DNA of 40,258 nucleotides, from positions 1 to 40,258 of IMG/VR virus record IMGVR_UViG_3300031519_000068; one strand, written 5' to 3'. Origin of the DNA: a virus. Its lineage: Duplodnaviria > Caudoviricetes. Shown in pieces: positions 1 to 7,271 of the stretch; position 1 is the stretch's first letter, and the number at the start of each line of letters is the position of its first letter. The notes under the pieces are model-generated. The model saw only the letters and a program-made list of their open reading frames with translations, searched no databases and had not been told where the DNA came from. A program made the position numbers and the translations under genes.

Positions 1-2
1 CA

Positions 3-398
3 GCGCCTAAAGGTTCTATAATGAGAACTGAATCTGCTTTTGATCTACTCAAGAGAGTAAAACAAGTTGCCACTGAATGGGTTAAGCCTGGTCACCGTAA
101 GGGATCAAACACTCACAATGTGTCTGCGACAATAAGTTTGAAAAAGCATGAATGGGATGAGGCTGGTAAATGGATGTGGGACAACCGAGAATGCTACAAT
201 GGTTTGGCAGTCCTTCCTTATGATGGTGGTTCTTACACTCAAGCTCCATTTGAGGATATAACCGAGGAAGAGTTTAATAAGAGAGTCAAGCTCTTAAACG
301 ATGTGGTCTTACATCATATTGTTGAATCAACTGACGAAACAGATCTAGCAGGGGAATTAGCTTGCTCCGGTGGATCTTGTGAAATATCAAGCTTATAA
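3..398 (+). CDS. nrdJ: Class II (B12-dependent) ribonucleotide reductase, 3' end only (gene begins upstream of window)
   Basis: HNVSATI, GLAVLPYDGGSYTQAPFEDIT and the C-terminal redox pair ELACSGGSCEI are typical of monomeric NrdJ/RTPR; frame is open from the window start. Confidence 0.88.
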   Translation, partial: APKGSIMRTESAFDLLKRVKQVATEWVKPGHRKGSNTHNVSATISLKKHEWDEAGKWMWDNRECYNGLAVLPYDGGSYTQAPFEDITEEEFNKRVKLLNDVVLHHIVESTDETDLAGELACSGGSCEISSL

Positions 399-413
399 AT
401 TAAATTAAATATT

Positions 414-605
414 ATGGAAAACGAAGTAATCAAAATGATGACAACAATGCAAACGGTTTTTGAAACAGCTACAACTGATGCTACTAAATTTGCTGAAGGC
501 AACAACTCTGCAGGAACTAGAGTAAGGAAAGCAATGCAAGACCTTAAAAACCTAGCACAACACGTTAGGATTGAGGTACAGAGTCAGAAGAATGTAGCGG
601 CTTAG
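414..605 (+). CDS. Histone H1-like (Hc1-family, Bacteroidota type) small DNA-binding protein
   Basis: 63 aa with DATKFAEGNNSAGTRVRKAMQDLK, matching the GNxAAGTRxRK motif of Bacteroidota Hc1-like proteins. Confidence 0.75.
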   Translation: MENEVIKMMTTMQTVFETATTDATKFAEGNNSAGTRVRKAMQDLKNLAQHVRIEVQSQKNVAA

Positions 606-620
606 TAGTTAATGCAAATT

Positions 621-659
621 AAAAAAGGGATAGCCAATTACGGTTATCCCTTTTTTTTT
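621..659. terminator. Bidirectional rho-independent terminator
   Basis: AAAAAA-GGGATAGCC-aattac-GGTTATCCC-TTTTTTTTT between the convergent + and - gene blocks. Confidence 0.92.
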
Positions 660-660
660 A

Positions 661-720
661 TTATATCTAATTGAATATAGTCTCGCCCCCCAGGTCAAAT
701 TATATCTAGTTAAATATAGT
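661..720. repeat. 21-bp imperfect direct repeat (19/21 identical), 39-bp period
   Basis: TTATATCTAATTGAATATAGT (661-681) vs TTATATCTAGTTAAATATAGT (700-720). Confidence 0.85.
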
Positions 721-771
721 AGTAATATCTCTAACTAGATCTTCTTCTGTAATTTTTATATCAAATGTCAT
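706..771 (-). CDS. Possible 21 aa micro-ORF (MTFDIKITEEDLVRDITTIFN)
   Basis: Hand translation; start overlaps the end of the 33 aa ORF; stop lies within the direct repeat. Confidence 0.3.
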   Translation of the reverse strand: MTFDIKITEEDLVRDITTIFN

Positions 772-862
772 CTTTGTCACTTTTTATCCTACTGATTATT
801 GTTACTGTTATTGCTACTATCGCAAAGAATGCTAGGTAATACATGAGTATTTGTTCGATCAC
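761..862 (-). CDS. Small single-pass membrane protein, 33 aa (MIEQILMYYLAFFAIVAITVTIISRIKSDKDDI)
   Basis: Hand translation; GTG start overlaps the endolysin stop (TAGTG); hydrophobic stretch followed by a charged tail. Confidence 0.55.
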   Translation of the reverse strand: MIEQILMYYLAFFAIVAITVTIISRIKSDKDDI

Positions 863-1317
863 TAGATAACCATATATTTAGTTTTGCCATTCTCCTTGTA
901 TGCTTTTAAGCATCGATTCCGATTGTCAATTTCATTGACATAACTTATGTGTACCCAATTAGGATTCTTATCGTCACCAAATTCCCAGATCATTTGATCA
1001 AAGTTTAAATTTTCTTTTATCCACTCGTACATCTCAGCATTTGTCTTCTTGCACCCACCATCGTCTATATCCATAGCTTGACCTTTACAATGTTGAGATG
1101 TAGTTGATCCACCAATAGCTTTGTTTAGGGCTTTACCTCTATAAAAACTATTAATTCTGATAGGTCCACCAACCCACTCTCTTAACGGCTCGAACACTTG
1201 AGCGGCTATCTCCTTCATGTTAGCTAGTTCAAATTGACTAGGGTTGTTGTCTAATCCCCTACGTGTAGCGGTTGTGCTATACACTCCTTCTTTATCCGAT
1301 ATATGTTTGCTTATCAT
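862..1317 (-). CDS. Peptidase M15A-family endolysin
   Basis: INSFYR...LNKAIGGSTTSQHCKGQAMDI...DQMIWEF...WVHISY: SxHxxGxAxD and WxH Zn ligands. Confidence 0.9.
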   Translation of the reverse strand: MISKHISDKEGVYSTTATRRGLDNNPSQFELANMKEIAAQVFEPLREWVGGPIRINSFYRGKALNKAIGGSTTSQHCKGQAMDIDDGGCKKTNAEMYEWIKENLNFDQMIWEFGDDKNPNWVHISYVNEIDNRNRCLKAYKENGKTKYMVI

Positions 1318-1327
1318 TTATTTTATT

Positions 1328-2830
1328 TTAATCCCATTCAATTTCTAATGTTGACACAAAATATGTTATTTGTGAGCCATCACCCTTTATTCCTGATATT
1401 ATAATATCTCCCTCTGCTACATCTGCGTCCGTGAAAGTAGTTTGTTCTATGTCAATAACTTTAGAATTACCAGCTGGAGTGTGACCAACCGCGTCTAATA
1501 ACACCAAAGAAACAGTGCTACCATTCCCAGCTACAGGTCTATATCTAAATAAAGCGATATTACAGGTTCCAGATGTGGTACTATGAGTTGCCCAACCTTT
1601 CCATTTTTTTAAAGTACCCGCGTAAGGCATAACAACTCCAGTAGCTCTTATTAATTTGGTTACCGCTAAAGCTGTCAAACCATCAGATCCAGCGCTTGTA
1701 TTGTGTTCAAATGGAGCATTATTATCAGTTACAAAAACTGGTATCTCGTAATTAGTACCATCAGCAGTACTATATCCTCTTATATCAAAAGTGGCTAAAT
1801 GTTTTTGTTGATCCGTAGCTATAGCCGTCCCATTCCAAACTCCAGTATCAATCGTTCCTACAGTTGTAATATTGGCTTGCGTAAAGTGTTCATCGGCAGT
1901 AAAATTAGCGAGTTGATCGTGATCAATAACTGTTTGCGCTGCAACCTGCACAACGCCAGAGTTATTTATTGTAGCTGTTGAACCCATAGTAAGCGTTCCA
2001 GCTATAGTAGTTGTTGAAGCGGCTCCATTAGCTATCGTTACATCTACTTCACCACTTGTTGCGTGCTCGCCTTCTAACAATAAGCCTTGCTTAATCGACG
2101 TGGTTGTTCCATCGCTTGCGGCTACACTTAGGGTTAATTTACCAGCCTCATCACTATCATCAGCCTCAGATACTTGAGCTTGAATTCGTGCAAAAAGGGT
2201 TTGGGTTTGAGCCGCATCATCACCCATAAAATCAATTAAACCTATGATATCACCGTCCGCCCCAGCCGCACCTTTATCTTTAGTAAATTGAAGTTTGCTA
2301 CCCTTAGTACTGTTTGTGGTATTTTTTAATTCTAAAAAAGGTCTTTGATCAGTTGCAGATGTTATAACAAAATTATCTGTGTCTACAGAAATATCGTTCC
2401 CCGTAGCAACTATAGCTAAATCTCCTGAAGCGGTTATTGTATCACCGTTTATATTTACATTATCTACGGTTAAATCCGTGAGAGTTCCTAGTGAAGTTAT
2501 GTTGGTTTGTGCAGCAGCAATATAAGCGGCTGTTATAGCTGTTCCTTGCCAAACTCCAGTTCCAATTGTTCCTACAGAGGTTATTTGTGTTTGAGACGCA
2601 TCAACGTTTAAAGTTGGTATTGGACCCGTTAAATTAGTTCCGCTTAATCCAGTTCCAGCTACAATAGATGTAAGATCACCCCCACCATCAACCGCTTTTA
2701 CAATTTTGTTGTTTGAGTCTAGACCAAGATGAGCGCCGCTAGCTATGGTGCCAGTAGATATATCTTCTAAATAGACATCATTTCGAAACCTAGATACTAA
2801 ATCATATATATGTTGGCCTATCCACTTCAT
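1328..2830 (-). CDS. Tail fibre / receptor-binding-like protein
   Basis: Thr/Gly/Ala-rich beta composition, repeated QxxITxVGTIxTGVWxGTAI units, position at the end of the structural block. Confidence 0.65.
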   Translation of the reverse strand: MKWIGQHIYDLVSRFRNDVYLEDISTGTIASGAHLGLDSNNKIVKAVDGGGDLTSIVAGTGLSGTNLTGPIPTLNVDASQTQITSVGTIGTGVWQGTAITAAYIAAAQTNITSLGTLTDLTVDNVNINGDTITASGDLAIVATGNDISVDTDNFVITSATDQRPFLELKNTTNSTKGSKLQFTKDKGAAGADGDIIGLIDFMGDDAAQTQTLFARIQAQVSEADDSDEAGKLTLSVAASDGTTTSIKQGLLLEGEHATSGEVDVTIANGAASTTTIAGTLTMGSTATINNSGVVQVAAQTVIDHDQLANFTADEHFTQANITTVGTIDTGVWNGTAIATDQQKHLATFDIRGYSTADGTNYEIPVFVTDNNAPFEHNTSAGSDGLTALAVTKLIRATGVVMPYAGTLKKWKGWATHSTTSGTCNIALFRYRPVAGNGSTVSLVLLDAVGHTPAGNSKVIDIEQTTFTDADVAEGDIIISGIKGDGSQITYFVSTLEIEWD

Positions 2831-2831
2831 G

Positions 2832-3137
2832 TTACTTTATTATTAAATCTACCACTGGTGTTTCAGAGGCTCCTTGTGTTAGTTTTATAAATAACCCAAA
2901 CCCATTGTCTCCAGTATTAAAATTAAGCCCATCAATCACTAAGATTACTCCAACAGGAAGCGCTATATTTTTTGCTAGGTAGAACTTACCAAATAATTTC
3001 TTTTCAATATACATATCCACAGTACAAGTTGTACTAGCATGGATATTAACCAAGGAGATTGATGACACCTTGGCGCCATATCCCACCGCTAACACTTCTT
3101 GGGTTAGTTCTCCGGATATGTTTTTTTGCAAAGCCAT
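2832..3137 (-). CDS. Small virion structural protein (beta-sandwich, hypothetical)
   Basis: 101 aa, tightly packed between neighbours; SISLVN...VDMYI pattern seen in phage fibre-associated small proteins. Confidence 0.55.
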   Translation of the reverse strand: MALQKNISGELTQEVLAVGYGAKVSSISLVNIHASTTCTVDMYIEKKLFGKFYLAKNIALPVGVILVIDGLNFNTGDNGFGLFIKLTQGASETPVVDLIIK

Positions 3138-3140
3138 TTA

Positions 3141-3566
3141 CTATTCGTAAAATACAGTATACTCTAGCGTAGTTTCAGTAGCGTCAGAAGGAGTAATCTC
3201 AATATCCTTGCCATCCGTAGCGTTCCAAGGAAAAAACATCCAATCACCACCATATAACCTACCTATTTCCACAGTTGTTAATAAAATGTTTACAAATTTA
3301 GATCCATCACCTCGATCATTGTGGTTTTTAATAAATACTTTAGCAGATTTATCTGGCGTCACGTCTTGAGCTATACCACCCGCTAACGTAGCGTCTAGTA
3401 AAATTACATTAGAAGCGGATGCTACTTTTTTTCTTCCTAACCCTGTGGTTTCAGAAATACCAGTATCGTTACCGGCGTTATAAAGTGTTGATGTGTTAGA
3501 TATTGAAAATGAATTATCAGCTATATCTGAAGAAGCAAGTGTTATTGTTGCTGTTGTTGTTGGCAT
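3141..3566 (-). CDS. Hypothetical structural protein, paralog A
   Basis: MPTTTATITLASSD...EIGRLYGGDWMFFPW; clear paralog of 3592-4029. Confidence 0.7.
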   Translation of the reverse strand: MPTTTATITLASSDIADNSFSISNTSTLYNAGNDTGISETTGLGRKKVASASNVILLDATLAGGIAQDVTPDKSAKVFIKNHNDRGDGSKFVNILLTTVEIGRLYGGDWMFFPWNATDGKDIEITPSDATETTLEYTVFYE

Positions 3567-3591
3567 GTTTTTATTTATTTAGTGTTAATTA

Positions 3592-4029
3592 TTAGTCTCC
3601 AGAAGTTGGTAAAGTTTCTCCATTGTGAAATAAAGCATACTCTATAATAGTTTCGTGACCCACGGCTTCTATTTCTATAGAAGAATCAGCTGTAGCATGT
3701 GTTAAATCACAATCCCAAGGTATGAACATCCAGTCACCCGCATATAATCTACCTATTTCCTCCGAGTTAATGTCTATTAGTACGTAGTCTGTTACGTCTG
3801 TGTTTTTGTTTATAATATAAACATAAGACGCATCTTCTGATAAAGCCGCACTCTCTGCTATAAGGTCAAACGAGGTACCTGTTGGAATAACTAATCTATG
3901 ATAGTTCATTTCATCCAACCCTGTTGCTGTTGTGTTGTGTTGGTACAGGTTCATCGTAGCTGACAACGACAAGTTGTCACTTAGTAAATCTGCACTAGAA
4001 AGCGTAATCGTTGCTGTTGTTGTTGCCAT
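3592..4029 (-). CDS. Hypothetical structural protein, paralog B
   Basis: MATTTATITLSSAD...EIGRLYAGDWMFIPW; clear paralog of 3141-3566. Confidence 0.7.
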   Translation of the reverse strand: MATTTATITLSSADLLSDNLSLSATMNLYQHNTTATGLDEMNYHRLVIPTGTSFDLIAESAALSEDASYVYIINKNTDVTDYVLIDINSEEIGRLYAGDWMFIPWDCDLTHATADSSIEIEAVGHETIIEYALFHNGETLPTSGD

Positions 4030-4046
4030 TTTTTACTTTTTAATTA

Positions 4047-6068
4047 TTATTGTTTGATTAATTTTTTCTCTACACTACCATCATTGTAGAGGTAAAATAG
4101 AAGTTTGTTTTTACTTTGTTTTGTTGGCCTACCTAATAAATCAGTAATCATTATTAGTTCTTTTTTGTTTTCAATTCTACTTAGTATTGGTCCAACATAA
4201 GTTCCATCACAGTAGTTGTAAGTTAACTGACAAACCGTATCCCAAGCATTATCACAGCAATAATCATCTACTGAAATTACCCAAGCATAACAAGGATCGT
4301 TTAACCAATAAGGTAAACCAGGGCCAGTAACGCAAGTAGCATCATAAAGACAATTGTTATCACTAACATTGGCCTCGACAGAATAGTTATAGGCATTAAG
4401 ATCCATGCAACCTTCAACGATAGTAATACACGATTCATTTTCCGTGTTAGCCAGTGAATCATAGTTAAAAGCCGCTTGATCCATACACCCGTATAAGAAC
4501 TCAATACAGGTAAAATCCTCCGTATTTGACAAAGGATCATAGTTGAGCATAGAAGGATCCGTACAACCGAATACAAAAGGAGTACAGCTATTATTGTCAG
4601 CATTTGCTAGTGGGTTATAATTGAACATTACAGAATCTGTACAGCCGTATATATAAGGAATACAAGATCCATTATTTGTATTTGCTAGAGAGTCATAATT
4701 AAATTGAGTTGGATTTATACATCCATATATAACGGGAATACAACTACCGTCATCTACGTTAGCTGTAAGGGCGTAATTAAATGCTAAAGTATCAATACAT
4801 CCATAAACAACTCCGATGCAGCTACCATCATCTATGTTAGCCAGAGGGTCATAATTTAAGGCTATAGAACTCATGCAACCGTAAGCTATAGCAATACAAG
4901 TATCTGGAGTGTTAGCTAGGGGTTCAAAGTTAAAAGCTAGTGACTCCATACATCCTAAGATCACAGGTAAACATCCACCGTTATCTATATTTGCTATTGT
5001 ATCGAAATTAAAAGCTAAAGAATCAGTACAACCCCACTCTGCTTTTACATCACAACTACCATCACTAGTGTCAGCCACAAAACCTTGTGTGTAGTACTCT
5101 AGGTAAGATGAGTTGGTACAACCAAGAACATAAAAACACTGAGTGTTAGTATTAGCTGTATCTATATAGTTAAGTGCTAATGGATCCATACAGCCAAATA
5201 TTCTATCAACGCAGTAGTTACCACAATAAGTTGGCACAACGCGTTTGAATAGTGGTTGTATAAAAGGTGGTGCAACCTCTATCATAGTCATGCCTAGAGG
5301 ATTTGTTAGTTTAAAACCACAGTGAGCAGCTGACTGCATTCCTTGGTTTGATATTGAAAACTTAAATGATACTGGTTCAGGTGATTTTAAGTTTATTTTA
5401 AAGTCTTTAAAGTAAGCAATTGTGTCTAGTGTAAAATTCCAAACACTATCACCTTGTATTACTTCTAGGTTTGATGTTGGTGCCCAACCATCTCCAATTA
5501 AATCAGTTAGCGTTAGCGTAAATTCGCATGCTGGCACCAAAGACATTGTGTTAGCTAGAGCATCGTAATTGTACATTGTAGAATCTATGCAACCAAATAC
5601 TATTAAAGTGTTACACGAGCCGTCACTTGTGTCAGCCCTAGGATTAAACTCTACATAAGAAGAATCCATACAACCAAATATCGGTGGGCATGGAGCTACT
5701 AAAATAGCGTGAGCGGTATCATAGAAGAAGTTAGGCGTTGTTCCGTGTATTATAGTATCATAACATTGAACTACATAATACGATCCATCTAAACCACCCC
5801 AAAGAGCTCCGTTTAAACCATCGCCATAGCTATCTTTTATCGTAAAAGTTAAAGGACCAACAGGTAAACACCTTTGCTCTACAACAATACCATAATCAGG
5901 CTGGGACCAATACCCACTACCATCAGCAACTACTAATCCAGTTGAATCTTTTACATCCCAAGAAGTTTCACCTTGATATTGATCAAGGTTTATAATTATA
6001 GTAGTCGGAACACAGTTCTGACTAAACGATAATATTGGTAGTAATAATAGTAGTAGTAGTTTTTTCAT
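4047..6068 (-). CDS. Secreted Cys-rich repeat protein with putative T9SS C-terminal sorting domain
   Basis: Signal peptide MKKLLLLLLLPILSFS|Q; 13 GCxDxxAxNY..A..DDGSC-type repeats; DDYCCDNAWD module; C-terminus ITDLLGR...LFYLYNDGSVEKKLIKQ. Confidence 0.75.
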   Translation of the reverse strand: MKKLLLLLLLPILSFSQNCVPTTIIINLDQYQGETSWDVKDSTGLVVADGSGYWSQPDYGIVVEQRCLPVGPLTFTIKDSYGDGLNGALWGGLDGSYYVVQCYDTIIHGTTPNFFYDTAHAILVAPCPPIFGCMDSSYVEFNPRADTSDGSCNTLIVFGCIDSTMYNYDALANTMSLVPACEFTLTLTDLIGDGWAPTSNLEVIQGDSVWNFTLDTIAYFKDFKINLKSPEPVSFKFSISNQGMQSAAHCGFKLTNPLGMTMIEVAPPFIQPLFKRVVPTYCGNYCVDRIFGCMDPLALNYIDTANTNTQCFYVLGCTNSSYLEYYTQGFVADTSDGSCDVKAEWGCTDSLAFNFDTIANIDNGGCLPVILGCMESLAFNFEPLANTPDTCIAIAYGCMSSIALNYDPLANIDDGSCIGVVYGCIDTLAFNYALTANVDDGSCIPVIYGCINPTQFNYDSLANTNNGSCIPYIYGCTDSVMFNYNPLANADNNSCTPFVFGCTDPSMLNYDPLSNTEDFTCIEFLYGCMDQAAFNYDSLANTENESCITIVEGCMDLNAYNYSVEANVSDNNCLYDATCVTGPGLPYWLNDPCYAWVISVDDYCCDNAWDTVCQLTYNYCDGTYVGPILSRIENKKELIMITDLLGRPTKQSKNKLLFYLYNDGSVEKKLIKQ

Positions 6069-6069
6069 T

Positions 6070-6342
6070 TTATTGCGAGTCTTTTAAGTCTTGTTCAGAC
6101 GGAGCACCTTCGTCACCCTTCTTTCTCATTGTTTCCCCACGTTTTCTTTTAGCATGTATATTAGCCCACAATCCCTTAGATTCATGAAAAGGGCTTTTGT
6201 TCATTTTAAATGGACCTCCTTTTTTATGCGATACAACCTTACTGGTTTTACTATGTTTTGCGCCCGTGTGAACCTCACCGTCCATTTTATGTGTTTCACC
6301 CTTATACAAACCATCTTCCGTATAATGTTTTACTCCTTTCAT
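6070..6342 (-). CDS. Small basic His/Lys-rich phage protein (likely start at 6342, not 6396)
   Basis: ATG at 6342 directly follows the upstream stop at 6344; HYT..G.THKM.G.VHTGAKH and GLWANIHAKRKRGE motifs. Confidence 0.65.
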   Translation of the reverse strand: MKGVKHYTEDGLYKGETHKMDGEVHTGAKHSKTSKVVSHKKGGPFKMNKSPFHESKGLWANIHAKRKRGETMRKKGDEGAPSEQDLKDSQ

Positions 6343-6343
6343 A

Positions 6344-6625
6344 TTATGATTTTTTATGTTTTCTACAAAAGTTCCTAGCAGCTTCTTTACTGCCAAACCC
6401 CCACTTTGTTAAAGCTTTAGATAACTTACTTGGAGTTCCATTCTTGTCCTTCATATCCCCTTGCATATTACCAAACCTACAAGCGAAGCTTACTCTTCTA
6501 GGACTTGTACCACTAGTTAGCTTACTACCCATTGTAGGGTTTTCTTTTCTCATCTTACGGTTTTGCTTGTTATAAGATGCTTCCGTTATTTTAAGTGGAC
6601 CAACACTCTTGTTATTGTATGCCAT
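6344..6625 (-). CDS. Small basic phage protein, DUF6321-like
   Basis: SPRRVSFACRFGNMQGDMKDKNGTPSKLSKALTKWG resembles the RRKSFCARM..M.GPMKD..G.PTR..AL.KW phage motif. Confidence 0.6.
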   Translation of the reverse strand: MAYNNKSVGPLKITEASYNKQNRKMRKENPTMGSKLTSGTSPRRVSFACRFGNMQGDMKDKNGTPSKLSKALTKWGFGSKEAARNFCRKHKKS

Positions 6626-6626
6626 G

Positions 6627-6992
6627 TTAAAAGTCGCTCATTAATATATTGTCTATTTCTTCTTGTACTTCTTCTCTTGTAGCCATCATCTTAAAGCTAA
6701 GATCAGCTTGAAATCTAGCTACTTCAACTCCATCTTTAAATATTATAATAGTAGGTATAGCTGCTATTTTATGTTTTACTTGCATTTTAGGATTAGCTGC
6801 GATATCTACATATGCTAAAGTTTGGCAATCACTAAGGTCTTGAACCCAAGAAACCTCGTTAGCCGAGTTCCAGCTAGCGTTAAATTGAGATACAGATATT
6901 TGACCAGAGGCTTTTCCACATACACATACTAAAACAAGTACTAATAAGTATATACTAAAGATTTTCCAGGAAACATCTATTTTACTCATCAT
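6627..6992 (-). CDS. Exported thioredoxin-fold protein lacking CXXC
   Basis: Hydrophobic leader ending KASG|Q; FNASWNSAN at the WCxxC position; VDI and IAAIPTIIIFKDGVEVARF cis-Pro motif. Confidence 0.75.
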   Translation of the reverse strand: MMSKIDVSWKIFSIYLLVLVLVCVCGKASGQISVSQFNASWNSANEVSWVQDLSDCQTLAYVDIAANPKMQVKHKIAAIPTIIIFKDGVEVARFQADLSFKMMATREEVQEEIDNILMSDF

Positions 6993-7270
6993 CTTTTGTA
7001 GAGTTTATCTTCTATTCTTTCTAAGGTTTTTTTCATCTCATCTACATCTTTCTTTGTTTCCATGATTGTAGCTCTAATCATTTGATCCTTCATGTCAAAC
7101 TCCATACGAGTAACCTCTGGGTCTGGAGGAGCTGGTGATTCCATTGCTAAAGCAATATCAGCCTGTAGCATAAACCACATACTTATAACGGTTGCCATTG
7201 CAGCCCCAATACCTACCAATGTTTTTATACTTACTTTGAAGCCAGAGTCTTCGGTTAATTCTTTTGTCAT
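6989..7270 (-). CDS. Single-pass membrane protein with C-terminal coiled coil
   Basis: TLVGIGAAMATVISMWFML TM segment, Pro-rich linker, heptad-like IMETKKDVDEMKKTLERIEDKL; ATGA overlap with next gene. Confidence 0.7.
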   Translation of the reverse strand: MTKELTEDSGFKVSIKTLVGIGAAMATVISMWFMLQADIALAMESPAPPDPEVTRMEFDMKDQMIRATIMETKKDVDEMKKTLERIEDKLYKR

Positions 7271-7271
7271 G

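Noticed and set aside
314-505. Minus-strand 63 aa ORF with a hydrophobic stretch
   Set aside because: Antisense to nrdJ and the Hc1-like gene, and lies beyond the minus-strand terminator
661-720. CRISPR mini-array, att site or DGR TR/VR pair
   Set aside because: Only two 21-bp copies with an 18-bp gap; no cas, integrase or reverse transcriptase in the window; mismatches are reciprocal
4301-4603. Alternative-frame hydrophobic ORF within the Cys-repeat gene (embedded spanin/holin?)
   Set aside because: Leu/Ile/Met richness follows from frame-shifted repeat codons; TTG start and no convincing lipobox
6343-6396. Extended N-terminus of the 108 aa ORF
   Set aside because: Overlaps the upstream gene by 53 bp; the ATG at 6342 fits the 1-bp spacing used throughout this operon
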